Below, piece by piece: positions 14,909-28,644 of a DNA stretch of 64,000 nucleotides. Made by a program: the position numbers and the translations under genes. The notes under the pieces are model-generated. The model did not search any database and was not told the origin of the DNA. It worked only from the letters and a program-made list of their open reading frames with translations. Origin of the DNA: the human T2T-CHM13v2.0 reference genome, Homo sapiens; the NCBI RefSeq assembly GCF_009914755.1, contig NC_060925.1; one strand, 5' to 3'. How positions within the stretch are numbered: the first letter of the stretch is position 1; each line of letters starts with the position of its first letter.

Positions 14909-15380
14909 GTGTCAATTACCTGTATATTTAATCTCAGCTCCCTCTGTCCTTCTTTGAAAAATTTTCAGGAAACAACATTTCCTTAGCTTCCTTCTTTTTG
15001 AGTTTCTGATTATGTATTACTAATTTGAGGCTGTGGTAAGTTGGAGACCAGAAGGAGGGAAGAGGGACAGGGCATTTTTACCCTTGGCTTTCCTGGTTTG
15101 GGATTGCATCTCCAGAAATGGTAGCATTTCCTCCAGGGCTTCTCTGTGCTTCTAGCTTCTGAAGGTGACCCTGGTCTCTGGGATTTGGTGGTACCACCTT
15201 TTTTCCCTATTCCTCTAGCCTAGGGGTTACAGTGGCTTCCTCCTACTGCTGCTCTTTGACTTGTCTGAATATCATTTTTTCGCTTCTTAGCTCTTCCATC
15301 TTGTATGCGACCAACTCCTTTATTGAATCTTTCCTGTTTGAAATACCTAGACAGATTTATGTTTTCTGAGTGTCTCTTGT
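14909..15380 (+). mobile_element. LTR33-like ERVL LTR
   Basis: CCTCTAGCCTAGGGGTTACAGTGGCTTCC and CTGTTTGAAATACCTAGA motifs. Confidence 0.55.
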
Positions 15381-15949
15381 TATATTAGACAAAGAGAAAA
15401 GGAGAGGAGAAAGAACTAATATAATTATTGACAATGTACTGCATATCAGGCTTTTACTCTGGGTGTTGAATTCATAATTTCACTATAGCATAGTGGTTAA
15501 GGTTACAAAGGTTGTCAGAGAGACCAGACTTCAGATCCCAGTTCTGACACGTACTAACTCAGTCTTACCCTGTTTCAATATCTGTCGATTAGGGATAAGA
15601 GTAATATTTACATGCAGAGTTCAGAGGATTCAGAATCATATGTATAAAAGCACTTATCACAGAACCCAATACATAGGACTCAATGTTAGTTATTAATAAC
15701 AAATATATAATAATAATCTGAACAAACCTATAAGGCTGGTATTATTAATATTCCTCATGACATGTGAGAAAACCACGATTCATAGAAATGAAGTAGTATG
15801 CCCAAGGTCACATAGCTAATAGAGGGATGCTAGGCTTAGAACTCTGACTAGAAAATCTGTTTTTTTCTACTATACAGAATGGGCTTACAGATGAAAACAT
15901 ACAATTGGAATCTATATAAATATTATAGTTTATGAATATAAAGCTTAAA

Positions 15950-16470
15950 TTATCTGGCTCCCTAATTAATTGCATTGTTGTTAGGAGCAGAATTTGAGAG
16001 GATCCTGAATCCTGACAAACCCTATCCTGCAGGCCGGCCGACAGCACTGCAAGGACAGCAGGTTGGTCAGGGCTGGCAGCGGGAAGCACTTGCCACTGGG
16101 AGGCCACAACCCCACTCCGACGGGTCTGCTGGCAGGGGCTGTGGAGTGGGCCTCACCTACTCATTACTGCCATACCGAGGGGGTAAGGGCTAATGGACTG
16201 CTGGTCCAGGGGGACGGTCTGCAGCTTCACGCAGCTCTCTCCACAGCATCCAGGCCTGAACCTGTGACCCCAACTCCGCGAGCGGGGCTGTTACCCACTC
16301 TTGAGACTGCCGGCATTAAGATCCTCTCATTACTGGCCATGCAGATTGTTCCCGGCGATAATGAGGTGGCAAGAGAAGAAACCATCCTGGGGGAACTTCT
16401 GAGAGCCAAGCCTTCGACAGTAGATGAATTCCTAACCTGCCATTTTAAAAACTGTCTCTCCAAATTGCTA
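15950..16470. promoter_or_regulatory. Repeat-free GC/CpG-enriched block, candidate cis-regulatory element
   Basis: About 15 CpGs in ~420 bp against a CpG-poor background; no repeat or protein similarity recognised. Confidence 0.35.
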
Positions 16471-18002
16471 GGAATATTTTTTTTCCAGGGAAGCTTTGAC
16501 CCTTCTCTTTATCTTTCTTTTTAGACTATGTGCTGAAAGAGGTAGAAATCCATACTCACTCACCCCTTTCTTCCCTTGCATCTTTGTTTTCATCTCCATC
16601 CTTCTCTTGCCTCCTTTCTCTCCCTTTTTGCCTCTTTTCCCTTTTTCCCCTTTGTACCTTCTCTTTTTTTCCATTTATTCTCCTATCCTTTCACACAGCA
16701 TAGAGATGCAAGCTTTGGAACAAAATACATTATGGGTCCAAATTGCAGCTCTGCTCCCTGGTAATTAGGGATTTGGGCAAGATTATCAATTTTTTTTTTT
16801 TTTTTTTGGAGCCTCTGTTATTTATCTGAAAATGGAGACTAAAATTTTCAGGGTTTTAAGGTTATTAAATGACCTTATTTATAGAAAGAGGCCTGTTAAG
16901 GTATATGGGCACATAACTGGCATAGAATAAATGCAGGTACCTTCCTGTATTCAGCAAGGCTTTATTGAGTTAAGTCCATGATATATGTAAAGTCCTGTGG
17001 TAGATACCAGAGACAGAATAAGTTTTGGTTTCTTCTGTTAAGTAAGTTTTCCATTTTGATACTGAAGAAAAGCCTGGGAATTCTGGATTTTCTTAAACTA
17101 AATAAAGATAAATATTTTTCCTAGTGTATATCAAATATCCAATTGGCTATAACTAACTTCTTTTCTCAAAGCTAAGCAAACTGAGGCAAAGGACATCACG
17201 GCAATTGAAATGTTTATATCGTCCAAATCATTTACTTGGGTGACATCTTGTCCCTCCCATAGAACACATTTACATAAAGAAGAACTTCTTTTTTTGTTGT
17301 TGATTTTATTTTCTGTTGATTTTTTTTTCGAAGGTAGGATTATGAACTACTTTAAGGCCCTCTGAAACTAGGAAGGATGTGAGTAAAGTACAATGTCATA
17401 TCATTATTTTTATTTGCATTTTTTAAATTACTAATGAGGTTGAACACATTTCCACATTAGTTTCAAGGTACTTAGCTAGAACTTGTTTTACAATTTTAAT
17501 TGGTTACTGTCCATCTGGTATCTTCTCTACTATGCCATGAGCTTCCAGAGAACAGAGCCTGAGCAGCACTTGTCTTGGTATCCTTTGTGTGGTGCAGTAA
17601 ACAAAGCATCTCACACAGACTGGATGCTGTAGAACAGAGCTCCTGCCATGTGCCAGCCACTGGTGCTGGGGATAGAGGGATGGGAGCTCTCAGAGGTACA
17701 CTCTTTAAGTCCAGGGATACCTACAATTTCTGGGCCACTCACTGAGTGGAGAAGAACTGATTTTGTTTGAAACTGAAGTTCAAAGCCCAGCCGTGCCACT
17801 TACTGGTTGTGTGACCTTGGGCAAAGTTGCTTCATCTCTTTGAGCCTCAGTTTCTTTAGCTGTAAAATAAGGACAAGCTCCAAGATCCCTCCAAATTCTT
17901 ACCATGACATGATATTTGTATAATATATACATAGCCTGAAAATGAGATTCAAACTTTAGTTATTTTGGAAATTCTGTTTTATTATGCCATGGATTGTGTC
18001 AA

Positions 18003-18246
18003 GCAGTTTCACCCAAAAGAAATATAGCATGGGCTATGAATGCAAGCCACATATGTCACCTTAAATTTGCCACTTAGCCACATTTAAGTAAAATAAAAAA
18101 ACAGGTGAAATGAATTTTAATAATATATTTTCTTTAATCCAATATATCTAAACTGTTATCTTTCAACATATCCAAACTGTTATCATTTCAACAAGTGGCA
18201 CTAGCCACATTTCAGGTGCCCAATAGCCACGTGTGGTTGGACAGTG
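18003..18246. mobile_element. MER33 DNA transposon with internal deletion
   Basis: GCCACATATGT...ACAGGTGAAATGAATTTTAATAATATATTTT...CTAGCCACATTTCAGGTGCCCAATAGCCAC. Confidence 0.8.
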
Positions 18247-18288
18247 TGGTGTGAAGTGTGGCACCAGGGAGGTGGGCCTTCGCTGCTG

Positions 18289-18307
18289 CTGCTGCCCTCT
18301 GGTGGAT
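18289..18307 (-). promoter_or_regulatory. CTCF core motif
   Basis: Minus strand reads TCCACCAGAGGGCAGCA, a full match to CCASYAGRKGGCAG. Confidence 0.6.
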
Positions 18308-18694
18308 GTACAGGTGAGTGGCATCTCACAAATGAGGGGTGTGGGTGCAATGAAGCCACCAGCCCCTGTGTCCTACTAATCTTTATCATAGCCCCTTCAC
18401 TCCTCTCATTGAAAGCATAGATACTAATTTTGATTTTTTTTAACCCATTCGCTTGTTTATGGTTAAAGAGCCACCTCTCATTCACTAGTCAAAGTAATCA
18501 CATTGAATTACAGCAGAGTAGAATAAATGAAAGATCTTCACGCAATTCCATACATGTGAGAAATATGGGCTCTTCTATTGACACTCTCTCAGGCCAGGAA
18601 CTTAACTAGATCATCTCTCTGCCTGAGTTGAAAGTCCAGTCAACAACTGTTTATCCGGCATCCAAGAAAAAGGAAACATAAATAACCTGAACTA

Positions 18695-20227
<1,533 letters not shown>

Positions 20228-20614
20228 TAACCTGAACTATTTTTGCACTTCTTTCCGATAATAATTATGCTCAGAGTCATTCAGCAACCACATTGAAAGG
20301 TTCTATGGGGCCTTCTGCATCATTGCAGAAGGAATTGATTGTGTCTGGTAAATTATAATTCTTTCCAAATTAGAACCAAGTATATGACATAGGTTGTGAC
20401 CTGCTGGTAAGTAGAATATTTGATTAGCTGGAGAAAATTATTTTGGAATAGAAGAAAGAGCATGGATTTTGGATCCAGACTTAGATTTGACTCTTAACTA
20501 TGTTATTTGCTATATGACCTTGAGTTTGAAATTTAGTCTCTTTAGATTTTAGTCTTCTTATCTGAAAAATAGAAATGATACCTCACATTGCAGGATAGTT
20601 TTAGTATTACATGA

Positions 20615-21682
<1,068 letters not shown>

Positions 21683-21835
21683 CTCATTGCTTTATTTTTA
21701 TGAGTTGGACAGTGGCACATGGCTGATAGATTTTGTCTTGCTGAGCTTTTCCTAAGTATCCATAATTCATTCACCAAATATTACTGATGCTCTACTACAT
21801 GCTACATGTTGTTCTAGGTGTGAGAAATACTGTGA

Positions 21836-24484
21836 TGTCTTACTCCATTTTGTATTGCTATAAAGGACGACTTGAGTCTGGGTAATTTATAAAGAGAAGA
21901 AATTTTTTTTATATATATATACTTTAAGTTCTAGGGTACATGTGCACAAAGTGCAGGTTTGATACATATGTATATATGTGCCATGTTGGTTTGCTGCACC
22001 CATGAACTCATCATTTACATTAGGTATTTCTCCTAATGCTATTCCTCCCCCAGCCCCCCAGCCCCCGATGGGCCCCAGTATATGATGTTCCCTGCCCTGT
22101 GTCCAAGTGATCTCATTGTTCAAGTCCCACCTCTGAGTGAGAACATGTGGTGTTTGGTTTTCTGTCCTTGTGATAGTTTGCTCAGAATGATGGTTTCCAG
22201 CTTCATCCATGTCCCTTCAAAGGACATGAGCTCATCCTTTTTTATGGCTGCATAGTATTCCATGGTGTATATGTGCCAATTTTCTTAATCCAGTCTATTA
22301 TTGATGGACATTTGGGTTGGTTCCAAGACTTTGCTATTGTGAATAGTGCTGCAATAGACATACGTGCGCATGTGTCTTTATAGTAGCATGATTTATAACC
22401 CTTTGGGTATATACCCAGTAATGGGATTGCTGGGTCAAATGGTAATTCTAGCTCTAGATCCTTGAGGAATCGCCACACTGTCTTCCACAATGGTTGAAGC
22501 AATTTACACTCCCATGAACAGTGTAAAAGCATTCCTATTTCTCCACAACCTCTCCAGCATTTGTTGTTTCCTGACTTTTTAATGATTGCCATTCTAACTG
22601 GCATGAGATGGTATCTCATTGTGATTTTGATTTGCATTTCTCTGATGACCAGTGACGATGAGCATTATTTCATGTGTTTGTTGTCTGCATAAATGTCTTC
22701 TTTTGAGAAGTGTCTGTTCATATCCTTTGTCAACTTTTTGATGGGGTTGTTTTTTTCTTGTAAATTTGTTTAAGTTCTTTGTAGATTCTGGATATTAGCC
22801 TTTTGTCAAATGGGTAGATTGCAAAAATTTTCTCCCATTCTGTAGGTTGCCTGTTCACTCTGATGGTAGTTTCTTTTGCCGTGCAGAAGCTCTTTAGTTT
22901 AATTAGATCCCATTTGTCTATTTTGGCTTTTGTTGCCATTACTTTTGGTGTTTTAGTCATGAAGTCCCTGCCCATGCCTATGTCCTGAATGGTATTGCCT
23001 AGGTTTTCTTCTAAGGTTTTTATGGTTTTAGGTCTAACATTCAAGTCTTTAATCCATCTTGAATTAATTTTTGTATAAGAGGTAAGGAAGGGATCCAGTT
23101 TCAGCTTTCTACATGTGGCTAGCCAATTTTCCCAGCACCATTTACTAAATAGGGAATCCTTTCCCCATTTCTTATTTTTGTCAGGTTTGTCAAAGATCAG
23201 ATGGTTGTAGATGTGTGGCATTACTTCTGAGTCCTCCGTTCTGTTCCATTGGTCTATATATCTGTTTTGGTACCAGTACCATGCTGTTTTGGCTACTGTA
23301 GCCTTGTAGCATAGTTTGAAGTCAGGTAGCGTGATGCCTCTAGCTTTGTTCTTTTGGCTTAGGATTGACTTGGCAATGCAGGCTCTTTTTTGGTTCCATA
23401 TGAACTTTAAAGTAGTTTTTTTCCAATTCTGTGAAGAAAGTCATTGGTAGCTTGATGGGGATGGCATTGAATCTATAAATTACCTTGGGCAGTATGGCCA
23501 TTTTCATGATATTGATTCTTCCTATCCATAAGCATGGAATGTTCTTCCATTTGTTCCTGTCCTCTTTTATTTCATTGAGCAGTGGTTTGTAGTTCTCCTT
23601 GAAGAGGTCCTCACATCCCTTGTAAGTTGGATTCCTAGGTATTTTATTCTCTTTGTAGCAATTGTGAATGGGAGTTCACTTATGATTTGGCTCTCTGTTT
23701 GTTGAATAGAAGCGATTTACTAGGCTTACAATTCTGCAGTCTGTACAAGAAACATAGTGCCAACATCTGCTTTTGGTGATGGCCTTAGGCTGCTTCCACT
23801 CATTATGGAAGGCAAAGAAGTGCTAGCTTGTAGAGGTCACATGGTGAAAGAAAAAGCAAGAGCGAAAATGGGGAGCTGCCAGGCTTTTTTAAACAATAAG
23901 CGTTCATGGGAACTAATAGAGTAAGAACTTACTCACTTCCAAAAAATGGCTTAATCTATTCATGAGGGATCCACCCCCATGGCCCAAACATCTCCCATTA
24001 CCCAATTCTAAAGCCGCTTTCACATATTCAGCTATCTTTATAACAAAACCCCATTCTTGGTACCAGTTTTCTTTTTCTCTTTTGTGTAGCTATGAAGGAA
24101 TACCTGAGGCTGGATAATTTGTAAAGAGAAAAGGTTCATTTGGCTCACAATTCTGATGTCTGGAAAGGTTCAATATTGGGCATCTGGTGGTCTCAGGCTG
24201 CTTCCGCACATGGCAGAAAGTAGAAGGTTAGGGAGAGCCCATGTGTGCAGAGATGGCATGGTGAAAGAGGAAGCAAGGGGCTGGGGAGTGCCAGCCTCTT
24301 TTTCAACAACCAACTCTCGAAGGAACTTTAGAGAAAACCTCACTCACCCCTGAGGAAGGGCATTACTCTATTTATGAGGAATCTGCCCCCATCACTCAAA
24401 CACCTTCCATTAGGCCCCAACTCCAACACTGGGTATCAAATTTCAACATGAAGTTTGGAGGGGACAAATATCTAAACCATAGCA
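21836..24484. mobile_element. MST-family MaLR remnant: LTR (21836-21900 plus 23708-24000), internal fragment (~24001-24070), second LTR (~24071-24484)
   Basis: Two copies of the MST start (TTGCTATAAAGGA...GGTAATTTATAAAG); internal-end motif CCCCATTCTTGGTACCAGTTTTC; terminal AAACCATAGCA. Confidence 0.75.
21903..23702 (-). mobile_element. 5'-truncated L1PA (about L1PA5-7), end of ORF2 plus 3'UTR, ~1.8 kb
   Basis: ORF2 C-terminal peptides ([19 protein letters not shown]; [18 protein letters not shown] zinc knuckle) in broken frames; L1PA 3'UTR and T/TA tail. Confidence 0.97.
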
Positions 24485-26039
24485 GATGGTAAATGAAAAT
24501 AGAAAATAGACCAAAATTCCAGCTGTCTTGGAAATATAGTAAAGATAATATATGAAAGTAGGTGCCACATGGTAGGTAACAAAAAATATGGATTCACTTC
24601 CTTCTTCCCTTTCCTAGTTATGGCAGAGAACCCCAATCTGTATACTTACATTTAAATAACTCTGTGAAATTAGTCTGCAAGCTAAATCAATGCTGTACTA
24701 CCATACAAAAGTTTGGGATTCCCATGGTGTCAACCATACTCGCTGTTGATCTCTGTTTGGATCTCACTTCCTGTCTTCTCACCTAATCCATGGTCCCACA
24801 TTGTTGCCTGCTAGTTATTTTCACTTGTATGCTATACTGAAGGGAAGAACAAGAGGGAAGAAGTTAGAAAGGAAGAATAACACTAGAACTAAAAGGGCTT
24901 TCTTTTTGTTGAACACATACTGGGCATCAGCACTGTGCTGACTTCTTTGCATCACAATTCTAGGAGTATGGCATTATCATCCCTGTTTCACAGATAAAGA
25001 CGCTAAGTCTTAGAGTTTCCTAGGATGAGAAGTTGCTTCTGTCTGAATAATTAGCAATCAGTTTTAGCTGCCTTTCTCCTTCCATTTCTCTGCCAAGAGG
25101 AGATAACAGAATAACTCCTATATCTACAATTTTAAAATTCTCATGGCTTAAAGACTACCAGTGCAAAGAGTTCTTTCTACTCCTCCATCTTTATTTCATA
25201 ACCTCATACCATTCATTTTTGGTCCAGGTTTCTTCCTTTAGCTCCATAAGGCATCTCAGATTCTGTGTTTCAGCCAACAGACATGCATGGGGACAACAGA
25301 TACTCTATTTAAAAGCATGGACCACTAAATTAACAAGAAGTATTTACATGCTATGGGTTGAGAAACCTGCATCTCCTAACTGCAATGAACGAAGGGCTGT
25401 CTGCAATGCTGCTGGTTACAGCTAGACATAAAACCCATTATCAGCTCATTGGCTGTTGGGACATAAAACTGCTTGGTCTCACAAAGATATTTCCTCACCA
25501 TGGGGATAAGTTTAATAAGAACTACAGATGATAGTAAAAAGCACATTTATTTCCTATAACCTACAGAAAGTCTTTATTGCATATAGGATAAATAACAGGC
25601 CACTGTGAGTTACTGGTCTGTAATTCCACTTAGGAGGTTTGGGGCATGAAACACAGTGGGGAGAAATTGCTGTTTTAAAAACGAGGCCTTGGAGTTGGAG
25701 GCCCAGGAGAGGACGAAGATGAGATTCTGTGTGAAAAGATGACAACCCGCTGTCAAGCAATGGTCCAGCACAGCCACATTCGTGAAGGCATGGGCAGCCT
25801 TTCTACTCAGCAGCAGGTGGCCTGAGGCAAAATTACTAAGCAATACAAACATTATCTTACCTCATACTTAATGATTTTCAAAGCTATACCATAACCCATC
25901 TTTTCACTGGACCCTTACAAACACCACTGGAGATAAGCAAAATGAGGACTCTTATTCCCATTTAACAGATGGGAGAGCAATGTTCATGTGGGACAGCCAG
26001 GATTTCAGAATATGCTGTTGTATCATGCAGAACACAGAC

Positions 26040-26520
26040 CTTCAAAGATCACAGGATCTGCAGATCTGGCTCCTGTTACCTCTCTGATCTCATCACACTC
26101 AGTTCCTAGCATGCACATCCTTGATTCTTCTCAGATGCTCCAGGCATGCTGTGGCTTATAGCCTTTGTACTTGACCTTCCTTCTACCTGAAACTCTCATC
26201 CCCCAGGTATCAGAATGGTGTCTTCCCTCATCTCCATTTAGATCTGTGCTCACATATCACCTTCATTCTACTCTATTTCCATTTGCAACCCCACCCCTCG
26301 TACTCCCTCTTTCCCTTTTCCGCTTTGTTTTTATCCATAGCACTTAATCATCTTCTGACAGTCAGTATATTTTCTTTATTTGTTTACTATCTACTTTTCC
26401 TATCAGAATGTAAGCTCCTTGAAGGCAGAGAATTTTGTTTGCTTTGTTTACCACTATACATTTGACCAGTGATGGACATATGCTAGATGCTCAGCAAATA
26501 CATGTTGAATAGACTAATGT
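26040..26520 (+). mobile_element. L2 3' fragment
   Basis: AGAATGTAAGCTCCTTGAAGGCAGAG...GCTCAGCAAATACATGTTGAAT. Confidence 0.7.
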
Positions 26521-26547
26521 ATGCATAAATCTATATTAGTACTATAG

Positions 26548-26891
<344 letters not shown>

Positions 26892-26903
26892 TCATGTGCA
26901 TTC

Positions 26904-27382
<479 letters not shown>

Positions 27383-27459
27383 TTATGTCACCTTGCTCAT
27401 CACAACCTAACTCCCCCATTTTCTGGCTCTCAGGCTCTGCCTTCTCATCAATGCCCCAG

Positions 27460-27922
27460 TGCAAGCTGTCTTCTGTCTGATCCTCCAGATCCATGCTTCA
27501 GGCTTCCTCACTCAGCCCAGGGCCCCCAGATGCTATCCATGTGGACTACACCATGGGCTCTCTTGTTCTCTTTTGTCCTCCGGTTGAGGTAAGCCAACAG
27601 GGTCTTGACAAGAGACCAAGTTAGTGTATTCACTCCGTTGGCTTCCTCCCTTTGTAGTCACCTTAGGATGGCTTCCTTTCTCAACCAAAAGTCACTGCTC
27701 TGCTCAAGGTGGCTTCTTCACAGGACTTCCTAGTCTTGGTTCCAGTACCTGCTCCCTCACCCACACCGTCCATGTCTAGGGGTGGTAGCAGCCCTGCACA
27801 CTGCTGTAACTCGTATGTTTTCCCTATACTCTGCTCACTTAAACAATCCCTTTATTAAACCCTCTTTGAATTACTCTAATCCAGTGTACCTTCTATTTTC
27901 TACTAGGACCCTAATTGATGAC
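27460..27922 (+). mobile_element. LTR33-like ERVL solo LTR
   Basis: CTAGGGGTGGTAGCAGCCC and CCCTTTATTAAAC motifs; ends GACCCTAATTGATGACA. Confidence 0.6.
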
Positions 27923-28143
27923 ACACTTTGTAAACTCTGATTTTCCCCTCTGGCCTCACTCAACCTGATTCTCCCTCTTTCAAAGGGATTGTGCATATTA
28001 CATGTGTAAAGTGCCTACCACAGTTCTTAATATATTGTAAGTGCTCAAGAATGTTTATTTTTTTTAATTATGAATCCCTGCATAATCTGATTCCTGTCTT
28101 CTTTTCACCTTTATTCATTTCTACTCCCCTTGGCCACCCCCAT

Positions 28144-28644
28144 TGTACTGGGTTGAATAGCATCCCCTTAAAATTCATGTCTACCCAGAAACTCAGAATA
28201 TAACTTTCTTTGGAAGCAGGATTCTTGCAAATGTATTTAGTTAAAACGAGGCCATACTGGATTAGGGTGAGTCTAATCCTATTGAATTAGACCAATAGGG
28301 TCTAGACCAATAGGACAAATTAGAAACCACCCTAATCCAATAACTGTTGTCTTTATAAGAAGAGAAAACCGAGACACACATAAGTAGAACAGCCATGTAA
28401 AGACAGGGGCAGAAACTGGAGCACTACAGCTGCAAGCCAAGGAATGCTGAGGACTGCTAGCAACTGCTAGAAGATAGAGAGAGGCAAGGAAGGATTCTTC
28501 CCTAGAATCTTCAGAGCATAGCTTTGCCGACACCTTGGTTTTGGACTCCTAGCCTCTAGAAACTGCAAGAGAATAAATTTCTATTGTCTTAAGCTACCCC
28601 AGTTTGTGGTACTTTGTCATGGCAGCTTTAGGGAATACATATAC
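28144..28644 (+). mobile_element. MLT1C-like MaLR LTR with a ~60-bp internal fold-back insertion
   Basis: TGTACTGGGTTGAATAG start; AATAAATTTCTATTGTCTTAAGC...TTTGTGGTACTTTGT end. Confidence 0.85.

Noticed and set aside
16063-16524. 153-aa plus-strand ORF
   Set aside because: It begins at TTG, shows no family resemblance and runs into low-complexity sequence.
21903-23702. Active L1
   Set aside because: It is only ~1.8 kb, has no 5'UTR or ORF1, and ORF2 is broken.
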